Shown: positions 18,091 to 27,729, numbered from the stretch's first letter. The stretch is DNA of 32,000 bases from Candidatus Saccharimonadota bacterium (GCA_963706795.1 OY970170.1:480001-512000); one strand, 5' to 3'. Notes: a model not told the origin generated them from the letters alone. A program made the numbers and translations.

Positions 18091-20706
18091 TTATTCATCA
18101 GTTGGTGCGTCAGTATCCGCTGCGGGATCGTCTGTTTCTTCTTCGGCTTTTGGCACAACCGTCATGCTCGTAAATGTATCTTTTGCTGCCTTTACCTTAG
18201 CAAGGATGACACCTTGTGTGACACGGCTCGTAACACGAACGGTTGCGAGTGGCACACGAACGGTTTGTCCCATGCGAGAAATGAGGATGACTTCACCTTC
18301 TTTTTTAACTTCCTCTGTAAGAAGCTGGACTCCGATGATATCTCCGGTCTTTGCGGTCATTGATCCGGCTTTTACACCTGATCCACCTCGACCTTGCTCG
18401 CGGTAGTCATCAATATCGCTCACCTTCCCCATACCGCTTTCACTGACGGTGAATACGTATTTGGCTCCTTCATCTACTACGTCAGCCTCGACGACTGCGT
18501 CGTCTTCTCCGATACGCATTCCACGTACACCGGCGGCAGCACGACCCATAATGCGGACGTCTTCTTCAAAGAATTGGATTGCCTTCCCTTTCTTAGAAAC
18601 CATAAGGATCTTGTCTGTTCCGTGTGTGACACGTACCCAACCGAGCTCATCACCATCTTTTGGTTTCATAACGATCAATCCTGAGGCTCGGATATTCGAA
18701 ACATCTTCGAGATCAATACGCTTGATGACTGCCTTTTTAGAGATGAGTGCGAAGTGCTTACCCGAAGTTTCAGTCATATCTACGATCGCTGCGATGGATT
18801 CTTCTTTGGCGAGCGAGAGGAAATTGATGATCGGCTGACCCTTAGCAGTACGCTGAGCCTCTGGGATTTCATAAGCCGGAAGCTTAAATACGCGACCAGT
18901 ATTCGTGAAGAATAGGAGATCGTTGTGGTTCTTGGTAGAAACGATGATCTTTACCTCATCTTCGTCTTTTACGGCAGTATTTACCCCCTTTCCACCACGA
19001 CGCTGCGTGCGGAAAGCTGAGGACTTAATACGCTTAACGTAAGAATTCTTTGAGAGCGTAATAACGACTTCTTCATTTGGGATCGTGTCTTTTGGAGACC
19101 ATTCTCCGACTCATCCAGCCTGAATTTCTGTACGGCGTGGATCTGCGAATCGATCCTTCATATCTGCGAGCTCAGCACCGATGATTGCATCGATACGAGC
19201 GGGTTTTGCGAGGATGTCCTTGAGATCAGCAATGAGGAGGAGTTTTTCGGCGAGTTCGTCTTCAATCTTTTTGCGCTCAAGACCTGCGAGACGCTGGAGC
19301 TGCATTTCGAGGATGGCATCTGCTTGCTTTTCAGAGAGCTTGAAGCTCACCATGAGATTCGTTTTTGCTTCTTCTTTGGTTGTAGAAGATCGGATCGTTT
19401 TAATGACGGCATCGATATTATCGAGGGCGATCTTGAGACCTTCGAGGATGTGTGCGCGAGCCTCTGCGATGCGGAGCTCGAATTGCGTGCGGCGAGTCAC
19501 AACTTCTTTACGGTGTCCGAGGAATTCCTCGAGCATCTCAACAAGGTTGAAAAGCTTTGGTTGGCGTCCGCGATCGTGGAGTGCGATCATGTTGTACCCG
19601 AAGCTCGTCTGAAGTGGAGTGAGCTTGTAGAGCTGATTGAGGATCTTTTTTGGGAAGGCGTCTTTCTTCATTTCGATCACGATTCGGATATCCCCGAGTC
19701 CCTTCGATTCGTCACGAAGATCTGATATCCCAACGATGATTTTCTCCTGAACAAGATCGGCGATCTTCTCGATGAATGTCTTCTTGTTGACCTGGTATGG
19801 GATCTCAGTAATGATGATCGCCTTGCGACCGCTCTTGAGCTCGTCGATCTCAGCCCGACCACGCATGATGATAGATCCACGTCCTGTCGCGTAGGCAGTA
19901 TGAATATCCTTGCGATTGTATACGATACCTCCCGTTGGGAAGTCTGGCCCCTTGATGAATTCAAGAAGCTTGTCGATCGTGATCTCTGTAGGATCCTGAC
20001 ACGTAAGCATGAACTGAAGTCCGTCGATCAATTCTCCGAGGTTGTGCGGAGGGATGTTCGTCGCCATACCAACCGCGATACCTACTGATCCATTGAGAAG
20101 GAGATTTGGAATACGCGTTGGGAGAACAGTTGGTTCTTCACGAGAAGCATCGTAGTTATCTCTCCAGTCAACGGTATCCTTGTCAATATCTGCGAGCATG
20201 AGTTCACCGAGCTTTGCCATCTTCACTTCCGTATAACGCATGGCAGCCGCTCCGTCTCCATCCATAGAACCGAAGTTTCCCTGTCCATCCACGAGCATGT
20301 AGCGCATCGAGAAGTCCTGTGCCATACGTACCATAGCCTCGTATACTGAGCTATCTCCGTGTGGATGATAACGTCCGAGTACCGCTCCGACGATCTGAGC
20401 AGACTTACGGTGCTTACCAGTTGCACGAACACCTTCCTCGTACATTGCGTAGAGAATACGTCGGTGTACCGGCTTGAATCCGTCACGAATGTCCGGAAGT
20501 GCACGCATAACGATAACGCTCATCGCGTAATCGAGGTAGCAATTTTCCATCTCAGAGACGATGGATCGGTCGCTGTCACCAGCATAGGTCACAGCGCTCG
20601 TGATATTCGTCGGTACGAATGGAGGTTCTTCTTCTGCAGAAACCGCTTCAGGAAGCGCTTCTGAAAGCTCCTCAGGAAGCTCTTCGTTTTCGAGTGGGGA
20701 TGTCAT
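18091..20706 (-). CDS. gyrA: DNA gyrase subunit A, 871 aa from ATG 20706
   Basis: ORFs 19111-20760 and 18091-18777 plus the intervening 333 nt form one frame through TGA 19111-19113. Motifs: [24 protein letters not shown], ...HPHGD..., C-terminal beta-pinwheel repeats and an acidic tail. The start is uncertain (ATG 20706 versus upstream TTG 20760). Confidence 0.93.
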
Positions 20707-20828
20707 AGGAGAATAGTCGAATTTTCCGCTTAAATATAAGGAAAGATGGTGAATTTGCAAAGCGATTTTTTCGGTCTTTCTTTAAAAAAACTCCATCTGT
20801 CCATATACTTGATTCAACTTATAAAAAC

Positions 20829-21491
20829 ATGGCCGAATTTATCGTATTTGAGGGTATCGATGGAAGTGGGAAATGAACCCAGGTAGAGCTGGTAGCTGCA
20901 GCACTTCGAGCAAATGGAAAGAAGGTGGCGATTTTGGATTTTCCAAGATATAAAGAGGCTTCGGGTTTTATGGTCAGCAAATACCTCAATGGCGAATACG
21001 GATCACTCTCCGAAATCAGCGCCGAACTCGCGAGTACGTTTTATGCAATTGATCGATTTGATGCCAAAGCAGAAACCATAAAGGCACTGACAGAAAATGA
21101 CTACGTCCTCGCAAATCGCTATGTCAGCTCAAATATGATCCACCAGGCAACAAAGCTAGATTCGTATAAGGAGATCGATGCATTTTTGGATTGGGTCTAC
21201 GATCTCGAATTCCGAATCTTTGGCATCCCAAAGCCAGATCGTGTACTCTTCCTCAAAATATCAGCCGAAACATCTACCCGACTCATAGGCCTCAAAGCTA
21301 AAAGAGACTATATCATTGACGACAGCAATAAAGATCTCCACGAAAAAGACATCAATCATCTCCGCAAAGCCAGTGATCTGGCGCTGTATGTGGCTTCCAA
21401 ATTTCCAAACTGGACGATTATAGAATGCGAGGAGGCGGGAGATATTCTCCCGAAAGAAATCGTCACGAAGCGCATCCTTTCTTATCTCTAA
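20829..21491 (+). CDS. tmk: Thymidylate kinase, 220 aa
   Basis: ORF 20925-21491 extended upstream through TGA 20874-20876 to ATG 20829. The P-loop reads FIVFEGIDGSGK-G-TQ, followed by ...DRY/ANRY... kinase motifs. Confidence 0.85.
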
Positions 21492-21492
21492 T

Positions 21493-22887
21493 ATGGATCA
21501 ACAGCACATGAGTATATCACGAGGTTTTACGCTCATAGAAATCCTTATTGCGGTAACAATAAGCGCTTTTATATTTACGGGGTTGATCACTTTTGTGGGA
21601 TCGGGGCTCGCAAGCGTGAGTCGTTCCGAAAAAAGCATGGCGAATGATCTCAAATGAGCTGGGATCGATAGACTCCTGAGATCAATCACTACAGAAAATA
21701 GTCAGCTCGTCGTATGAACAGGATCACTTCCTACAGGCTATCTCACGGGCATATTACTGGCCACACGCACTCAGACATATCCATATGTCTTTATCGGAGC
21801 CGAATCCTTTACTGGATATTGTGCAACCAATCCGAGTCTCACACTCACAAGACTCGTGGCTGTCGGCGGATACGCACCAAGATCAGGTGAAAATCTCACG
21901 AGCGGAGTATATACATTGGATCCTTTAAAACAGAGCGTTTATTCGGGCACTACACAAATCATCTGAACGGGCGATGTTGGCAACCTCTTAAACAGTGATC
22001 CCTTAAAATCAGAACTCTCACATCCCTCATCACTCGCACAAATTGGAGATATACTCTATATTGCGGATACAGGGAATTCACGAGTTTTGAGCTATAACAC
22101 ACTCACAAATACGCTCACAGAATTTTTATGAATCTCTGATGGCATATCTCATCCTGTCAGTCTCAAAAACGAATCCGGCAATCTCCTCATCGGAGCAGAT
22201 AATGGACTATTTCGAATACGAGAATCTACTGATGCCTGAGATAAGGCGACTATAGCCATGACACACACGGGCGATCTCACATTTGATAGCATTGCACTCG
22301 ATTTTTCGGGAATCACTACGCTCACGAGTCCAACGAATCCGACAGATTTTACTCTTGGTGGGGTAATACAAAATAGCGCAAGCGATGTGGTTACGACATG
22401 AAGCTCTCTCGTCTATACATTTACCGGTGCAGCCCAGACTCTCACATCAGGAAGTCTTCTCAAGATACAAATTGGATCAATTGCACCAGCTCCAACTACT
22501 GCAGGGGGCTATGTACTCCATCTCACGCTCAAAAACGCATGAGTGTCGGTATTTGCAGATACATTCCCCTATTTTGTGAAGGGCGACAGCGATATGCAAA
22601 CACGCGCCTGACTCGTTATCGAACAGATCTCCAAAAAACCAAGAGTTTCAAATGTGGTTTCAAGCACAGATTTTCAGAGTGAAGCGATAGATATAGCTTC
22701 GTTTTTAAACTCAAATGGACTTGAACGCTTTACGAGTGGCGAACCCATAGATCGCGTGAGCATTATCACTAATAAAACACTCGCTACGATCGCATATAGA
22801 GGATTTAGCATATACGACTGCTCCCCCGATCAAAATCACCGCATCATCAGCCACATTAAAAAAATCCGAGTACGAGACTCGGATTAA
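21493..22887 (+). CDS. Large type IV pilin-like (prepilin-type N-terminal methylation domain) protein, 464 aa
   Basis: One table-25 frame runs from ATG 21493 (alternative ATG 21508) to TAA 22885-22887 with 8 in-frame TGA codons. The class III signal is SRG-FTLIEILIAVTISAF. The body is Thr/Ser/Gly-rich with an NHL-like stretch, LYIADTGNSRVLSYN. The standard-code track shows only fragments. Confidence 0.75.
22858..22884 (-). terminator. Rho-independent terminator for the VirB2-like gene, embedded in the 3' end of the convergent pilin gene
   Basis: The minus strand reads ATCCGAGT-CTCGT-ACTCGGAT followed by TTTTTT. Confidence 0.6.
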
Positions 22888-22898
22888 AGCGGCAGTTT

Positions 22899-23315
22899 TT
22901 AGAATTTATCGAAGCTATCATCGATGCTCGGATTTTTAGAGCTTCCGAGATCGATAGTATCTTTTGATCCAAAGAACTTCGTTGAGAGGTTCTGGATGGT
23001 TATAAAGATTTCTTTAGGATCCACATATTTTGAGACATTGAGTCCGAGGAGATCACCAATCTTTGGAGCCAGGAAGAGTGAGATGATGATGACGATGATT
23101 CCGATAACTGAGTATCGAATAGAATTTACTGCAGGTTTTACTTTTTCTTCTTTACCACCGGAGAGGATGAGTTTGACTCCTCCTCAGAGGATAAATGCTA
23201 CTGAGAGAAGTCCAGAAACAAGAACCACGAGAGCAATCGCCACCTTTACGATGTCGTCGAGATTATAGCTATTCGTGATGAAGTCGGGACCTGCAGCAAA
23301 TGCAATATCAAACAT
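22899..23315 (-). CDS. Small two-TM membrane protein, TrbC/VirB2-like pilin family typical of CPR genomes, 138 aa
   Basis: Runs from ATG 23315 to TAA 22899-22901 with one in-frame TGA (23184-23186). The layout is hydrophobic helix, then GGGVKLILSGGKEEKVKPAVNSIRYSVIGIIVIIISLF, i.e. TM, a Gly-rich basic loop, then TM. The plus-strand ORF 22924-23268 is its antisense shadow. Confidence 0.55.
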
Positions 23316-23580
23316 AAAAATGATTCGTGATGAATTGCCGAGATATTACCAATCAGAGGCCAAAAGTAAAGGAAAGCAGGGAGAAAATTCATCCTAAAAA
23401 AGATTGAATGAACCTATCACAGAAAATGAATACAAAAGAGCATGCAAGAAGCTAAAAAAGAGTCATGCGATACCAGATCCAGCACTCAGAGCTATTTCGG
23501 ACATAAACAAAATAATGAATATTTGAGATATGGTAGCCTCGATATCGTGAATGTAAATATCGACAAGATTTCGAAGCCAA

Positions 23581-23603
23581 GAAAAAACTCCGTAGAACGG
23601 AGT
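23581..23603 (-). terminator. Rho-independent terminator after the KH-domain gene
   Basis: The minus strand reads ACTCCGT-TCT-ACGGAGT followed by TTTTTC, starting directly after the stop codon. Confidence 0.6.
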
Positions 23604-23843
23604 TTAGTCTTCGAGAACCTTGAGATTCACGCGAGCATTTTGCTTTGAGCCAAATACTCGGAGTACTGTTCTGATTGAGGAAATCGTTTGGCCTTCACGA
23701 CCAATAATTGTCCCCATGTCGGCTTTATTTACCTTGAGGGTAATGAGAGTGCCGAGTTCGTCTTCACGTTGTTCGATCACAATATCGCTTTTGTTCTCTA
23801 CGAGGGACTCAACGATAAAACGAAGGAATTCCTGAGCGGACAT
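23604..23843 (-). CDS. KH-domain RNA-binding protein (YlqC/KhpA-like, UPF0109)
   Basis: ORF-track protein ...LKVNKADMGTIIGREGQTISSIRTVL.... Its start overlaps the rpsP stop (TAATG), the usual rpsP-KH pairing. Confidence 0.85.
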   Translation of the reverse strand: MSAQEFLRFIVESLVENKSDIVIEQREDELGTLITLKVNKADMGTIIGREGQTISSIRTVLRVFGSKQNARVNLKVLED

Positions 23844-24070
23844 TATTTTGCTCGATTAAGAATTTTCTCTACTGTAGGAGAATACTGTGCACCATTCTTG
23901 ATGTGCTTGTCAGCTTCTTCCTGATTGAATTCGAGAACCTTAGTAATTGGGTTGTAGTGTCCAAGAACCTTGATGTATCCGTGCTTTGCTGACTGAGAAT
24001 GCTCAGTGAGTACAATACGGAAGAAAGGAACGTGCTTGCGGCCTGCGCGAGAAAGACGAATCTTAAGCAT
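23843..24070 (-). CDS. rpsP: 30S ribosomal protein S16 (bS16)
   Basis: ORF-track protein MLKIRLSRAGRKHVPFFRIVL...GHYNP... Confidence 0.92.
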   Translation of the reverse strand: MLKIRLSRAGRKHVPFFRIVLTEHSQSAKHGYIKVLGHYNPITKVLEFNQEEADKHIKNGAQYSPTVEKILNRAK

Positions 24071-24134
24071 GTAGAATAATTAATTGAGTGTTGAGGGTTG
24101 TGTTTTGTCCATCCTTCGCCAAGGCTTCGGAGGA

Positions 24135-24190
24135 CATTCTTCGCTGTAATGTATGGCGTGCCATTCAAAGCTCCTTAGGAGCGAAGAATG
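24135..24190 (-). other. Branched stem-loop directly abutting the tRNA-Leu 3' end (trailer or processing structure)
   Basis: An 11-bp closing helix CATTCTTCGCT/AGCGAAGAATG encloses two small hairpins (ATGG-CGTG-CCAT and CTCC-TTA-GGAG). The helix includes the complement of the encoded CCA. Confidence 0.35.
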
Positions 24191-24273
24191 GTGCCCCGGA
24201 CGGGGATCGAACCCGTGCTCCCGAAGGAACAGGATTTTAAGTCCTGCGTGTCTACCAATTCCACCACCGGGGC
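24189..24273 (-). tRNA. tRNA-Leu(UAA), type II with a long variable arm and encoded CCA
   Basis: I folded the cloverleaf manually: acceptor GCCCCGG/CCGGGGC, anticodon loop CTTAAAA, T-loop GGTTCGATCC. Confidence 0.9.
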
Positions 24274-24283
24274 GAGAGGATTC

Positions 24284-24481
24284 TTAGAGGATACCCTTTT
24301 TCTTGAGGGTCTTGATAGCGCTCGCAGCGAGGCGGAGGCGGTATGTGATACCTGTTTCTGGATCCTTAACATTTCTCCAGAAGAGGTTTGGGTAGAACTT
24401 TCGTTTTGTGCGTCGAACGGAGTGCGAAACGCTGTTTCCAACGCCAGTTCGCTTACCCGTGAGCATGCAGACTCGAGACAT
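24284..24481 (-). CDS. rpmB: 50S ribosomal protein L28 (bL28)
   Basis: ORF-track protein MSRVCMLTGKRTGVGNSVSHS.RRTKRKFYPNL... Confidence 0.9.
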   Translation of the reverse strand: MSRVCMLTGKRTGVGNSVSHSVRRTKRKFYPNLFWRNVKDPETGITYRLRLAASAIKTLKKKGIL

Positions 24482-24486
24482 ATCTA

Positions 24487-24804
24487 TTAGATGAGTTTAA
24501 TATCAACACCAACACCAGCAGGGATATTAATCGACTGAAGGAGTTCTTTTGTTTTGTCAGTAGGCGACTCAATATCGATGAGACGCTTGTGACGACGAAT
24601 TTCAAACTGTTCTCGAGCATCCTTGTTTACGAAGGTAGATCGATTGAGAGTGATTTTTTCAATCTTTGTTGGGAGTGGGATTGGACCGACGACAACTGCG
24701 CCTGAATCCTTTGCGGTCATAACGATCTTTTTTACTGCCTCGTCAATGAGCTTGTGCTCAAATGCGCGGACAACAATTCGAAGACTACCTTTTTTTGCGG
24801 ACAT
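24487..24804 (-). CDS. rpsJ: 30S ribosomal protein S10 (uS10)
   Basis: ORF-track protein ...LRIVVRAFEHKLIDEAVKKIV...GPIPLPTK...RRHKRLIDI... Confidence 0.93.
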   Translation of the reverse strand: MSAKKGSLRIVVRAFEHKLIDEAVKKIVMTAKDSGAVVVGPIPLPTKIEKITLNRSTFVNKDAREQFEIRRHKRLIDIESPTDKTKELLQSINIPAGVGVDIKLI

Positions 24805-24838
24805 GGATGAAAGAAAAAAATATTTCTAGCTTTCTTAA

Positions 24839-24870
24839 CTCGAGCGAGCGAGTTGCTCGGCTCGCTCGAG
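24839..24870 (-). other. GC-rich palindromic hairpin between tuf and rpsJ
   Basis: CTCGAGCGAGC-GAGTTGCTCG-GCTCGCTCGAG, with 11-bp perfect arms that can extend to about 14 bp. There is no adjacent U-tract. Confidence 0.5.
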
Positions 24871-24888
24871 ATGGAGAAAGCGAGAAAA

Positions 24889-26082
24889 CTAAGCAACGAC
24901 CTTAGCTACAACTCCTGAACCAACGGTTCGACCTCCTTCGCGGATCGCGAATCGGAGACCCTGGTCCATAGCGATTGGCTGACCAAGTTCGATAACCATC
25001 TTGATGTTATCACCTGGCATAACCATTTCTACTCCTTCTGGAAGCTCAATTGCTCCTGTAACGTCAGTAGTTCGGAAGTAGAACTGTGGCTTGTACCCCT
25101 TAAAGAATGGAGTGTGGCGTCCACCTTCGTCCTTTGTGAGAACGTAAACTTCAGCTTCGAACTTAGTATGTGGCTTGATTGATCCTGGCTTCGCGAGAAC
25201 CTGTCCTCGTTCAACCTGCTCACGTTCAATACCTCGGAGGAGGAGACCAGCGTTGTCACCAGCCTGACCCTGATCGAGCTGCTTGTGGAACATTTCAACT
25301 CCTGTAACGATTGTCTTCTGAGTATCGTGGAGACCGATGATTTCGATTTCTTCACCTACCTTGATGACACCCTGTTCGATCTTACCTGTAACTACAGTAC
25401 CTCGACCCTTGATTGAGAATACGTCCTCAACTGGCATAATGAATGGCTTGTCGAGTGCACGCTCAGGAACTGGAACGTAAGCTTCGATAGCATCGAAGAG
25501 CTCGATGATAGTCTTTGCTCCGTATGCCTTGTCCATATCAGTAGGATTCTCGAGAGCAACGAGTCCAGATCCGCGGATTACTGGAGTGTCATCACCTGGG
25601 AAGTCGTACTTAGAGAGAAGATCTCGGATTTCCATTTCGACGAGGTCGAGCATTTCTGCATCATCGACCATGTCACACTTGTTCATGAATACAACGATGT
25701 ATGGAACACCTACCTGACGAGCGAGGAGGATGTGCTCTCGAGTCTGAGCCATTGGTCCGTCAGTTGCAGCAACGATAAGGATCGCAGCGTCCATCTGAGC
25801 AGCACCAGTAATCATGTTCTTAACGTAGTCCGCATGACCAGGACAGTCAACGTGAGCGTAGTGACGTGTACCAGTCTCGTACTCGATATGAGCAGTGTTG
25901 ATTGTAATTCCGCGTGCCTTTTCTTCTGGAGCAGCGTCAATCTGATCGAAGTTGAACTTAGTACCTCCGTACTTACTAGAGAGAACGCTAGAAATAGCGG
26001 CTGTAGTAGTAGTTTTACCGTGGTCAACGTGTCCGATTGTACCAATATTTACATGTGGTTTTGAACGATCGTATGTAGCCAT
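24889..26082 (-). CDS. tuf: Elongation factor Tu
   Basis: ORF-track protein of 397 aa with [14 protein letters not shown] and NKCD motifs. It has no in-frame TGA. Confidence 0.97.
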   Translation of the reverse strand: MATYDRSKPHVNIGTIGHVDHGKTTTTAAISSVLSSKYGGTKFNFDQIDAAPEEKARGITINTAHIEYETGTRHYAHVDCPGHADYVKNMITGAAQMDAAILIVAATDGPMAQTREHILLARQVGVPYIVVFMNKCDMVDDAEMLDLVEMEIRDLLSKYDFPGDDTPVIRGSGLVALENPTDMDKAYGAKTIIELFDAIEAYVPVPERALDKPFIMPVEDVFSIKGRGTVVTGKIEQGVIKVGEEIEIIGLHDTQKTIVTGVEMFHKQLDQGQAGDNAGLLLRGIEREQVERGQVLAKPGSIKPHTKFEAEVYVLTKDEGGRHTPFFKGYKPQFYFRTTDVTGAIELPEGVEMVMPGDNIKMVIELGQPIAMDQGLRFAIREGGRTVGSGVVAKVVA

Positions 26083-26149
26083 TTTGAAAAAATTAAATGG
26101 AAAATTAAAGTGTCGTAATGATAGCGAAAAACTCGAAATTGCAAACGTT

Positions 26150-26245
26150 TTATTTCTTCTTCGTCTTAGTTTTGCGCATTTTCTTCGTGATGCGATCCAT
26201 TGCGCGCTTGAGTTTTTTGTGCGCGTGCGTCGTGAGTCGAGGCAT
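26150..26245 (-). CDS. 31-aa highly basic ORF, possibly the displaced C-terminal segment of bS20
   Basis: [31 protein letters not shown]. Its ATG overlaps the stop region of the upstream ORF (TAAATATG). It resembles the A-A-R-x-K-S-R-L tail of S20. Confidence 0.3.
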   Translation of the reverse strand: MPRLTTHAHKKLKRAMDRITKKMRKTKTKKK

Positions 26246-26247
26246 AT

Positions 26248-26460
26248 TTAGATCTTATTAGGATTAATCGAGTATTTTTTGAATTTCTTCATAACAAATT
26301 CAAAAGCGTTCTTGATCCAAAGAGTTTCACCTTCAAAGGCAAGACGAGCTTGGAGCTGCTTGTAGTGCTTGATTGTATTTTCTAGTTTCTTCCCAGATTT
26401 GCGTCCTTTTCGGTTAACCGAATAGACATTCTGGCGAGGTCACTTATTTCTGAGTCCCAT
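26248..26460 (-). CDS. 70-aa basic protein, tentatively ribosomal protein bS20-like (N-terminal and central part)
   Basis: MGLRNK-G-PRQNVYSVNRKGRKSGKKLENTIKHYKQ...KNAFEFVMKKFKKYSINPNKI, with one in-frame TGA at 26440-26442. The spacing of RQ, RKS, TIK, AF and I..NK resembles S20. This is judged by eye only. Confidence 0.35.
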
Positions 26461-26486
26461 AAAGGCGAATTACCAAGTATCAAGTA

Positions 26487-26524
26487 CAAAATACGAAAAC
26501 AGTGTACGAACTTTGTGTTTCGTA
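26487..26524 (-). terminator. Putative terminator after tRNA-Ala
   Basis: The minus strand reads TACGAAACA-...-TGTTTTCGTA (9 bp with one bulge) followed by TTTTG. Confidence 0.4.
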
Positions 26525-26545
26525 ACTGGTAGCTAACACTTCGAA

Positions 26546-26622
26546 TGGTGGAGCCTAAGGGAGTCGAACCCTTGACCTCCTGCGTGCAAAACAGGCGCTC
26601 TAGCCAACTGAGCTAAGGCCCC
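26546..26622 (-). tRNA. tRNA-Ala(UGC) with encoded CCA
   Basis: I folded the cloverleaf manually. It has the G3:U70 identity pair, anticodon loop TTTGCAC and T-loop GGTTCGACTCC. Confidence 0.92.
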
Positions 26623-26653
26623 ACAAGAATGAATAACTTACTTCCAAAATGAA

Positions 26654-26730
26654 TGGCGGAGCTGACGAGGTTCGAACTCGCGACCTTCCGCGTGACAGGC
26701 GGACGCTCTAACCAACTGAGCTACAGCTCC
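26654..26730 (-). tRNA. tRNA-Asp(GUC) with encoded CCA
   Basis: I folded the cloverleaf manually: acceptor GGAGCTG/CAGCTCC, anticodon loop CTGTCAC. Confidence 0.92.
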
Positions 26731-26745
26731 AAAAAGAGCCCGCGA

Positions 26746-26773
26746 AGTATATGGTTTTTGGATTTTCATGCAA
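26746..26773 (-). promoter_or_regulatory. Sigma70-type promoter for the tRNA-Asp/tRNA-Ala unit
   Basis: The minus strand reads TTGCAT (26773-26768), a 16-nt spacer, then TATACT (26751-26746), about 15 nt upstream of the tRNA-Asp 5' end. Confidence 0.55.
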
Positions 26774-26817
26774 ATTTTTTTACGCGGAAAATCACACTTT
26801 GTATCAAAGGCTCTCTT

Positions 26818-27729
26818 TTAGCCCTTCTGTTTGACGAATCTGTAGGATGACACGAGCCCACTGAATGCTCAAAGGAAAAGCAAAAGTCCGGACAAGATGA
26901 CGTAACGCTCAGTGACACTCCCAAAAAATTGATCGATGAAAATCGGTGCTGCAAGCAAAATCGAAAAATCCATATTCTTAAGCAAGATCACAAAGACGAT
27001 CGTACTAACAATCAGTGCAGACCCCGTATATATAAGCCCCTGGAGCACAAATGGGCCATATATATATCGCTTCTGTCCGCCAACGAGTTCGGTGATCTTG
27101 ATTTCTTCGCGGAAATAAAAGACCGCATTACCGATACTCTGGAATACCACTACAAAGACTGAGAAGAGAAAAAAACCAATGATGGCAAAAAGTCCGTACT
27201 GGAGCGAGACCAGAATATGCACCACATCTCTAATGCGATCGTACTGAGCCTTGTAATCCAAGAACGACTTTTTGCGTTTATCGTCAGCAATATCAATGGT
27301 ATTTGTGTGCTCCGAAATGACCCGATCGAGGTCGGCATAATTTTCGATCGGGACATTTTTGATGGAGATCGTACTCGGAAGCGGGTTTTCGGAGTCATTC
27401 TCTATAACTTTTGCGAGATCAGGGTCACGTTTTTTAAGGATCTCGAAGGCATCGGCAGCCGAGATGAATTTTGTATCTATATTCGGACTGACCGTACGGA
27501 GCGCTTCAAGTGTATCAATAACCTCTCTGCTCGTACTTGTAAGCCCCGATTTGGTGCTCACGGTAAGTGAGAGTCGCGCATTAACGTTCTCTGCAAGCGA
27601 CTTCGTCACGAACTCCGCAAAAAAGAGCACGAAGATCAAGAAGGTCATGAGTGTAATAACCACGACCGATGAAAGCGAGAGGAAGAAGCTTCGAAAAATA
27701 TTTTTGAGCGCGTAGCGTAAGAGTCGCAT
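26818..27729 (-). CDS. ftsX: Cell-division ABC transporter permease FtsX-like, 303 aa
   Basis: ORF 26869-27729 extended through TGA 26869-26871 to TAA 26818-26820. It has an N-terminal TM, an extracytoplasmic domain with ...ENPLPSTISIKNV..., and three C-terminal TM segments. Confidence 0.8.

Noticed and set aside
12144-24480. The 12.6-kb wedge between rplC and rpsJ as a mobile genomic island inserted next to tRNA-Leu.
   Set aside because: I saw no integrase, transposase, recombinase or phage genes, and no duplicated tRNA 3' segment or direct repeats at the borders. The wedge contains essential genes (gyrA, tmk, rpsP, rpmB).
26653-26850. A 65-aa plus-strand ORF overlapping tRNA-Asp.
   Set aside because: Its first third is the reverse complement of a well-folded tRNA, so it is a spurious ORF.
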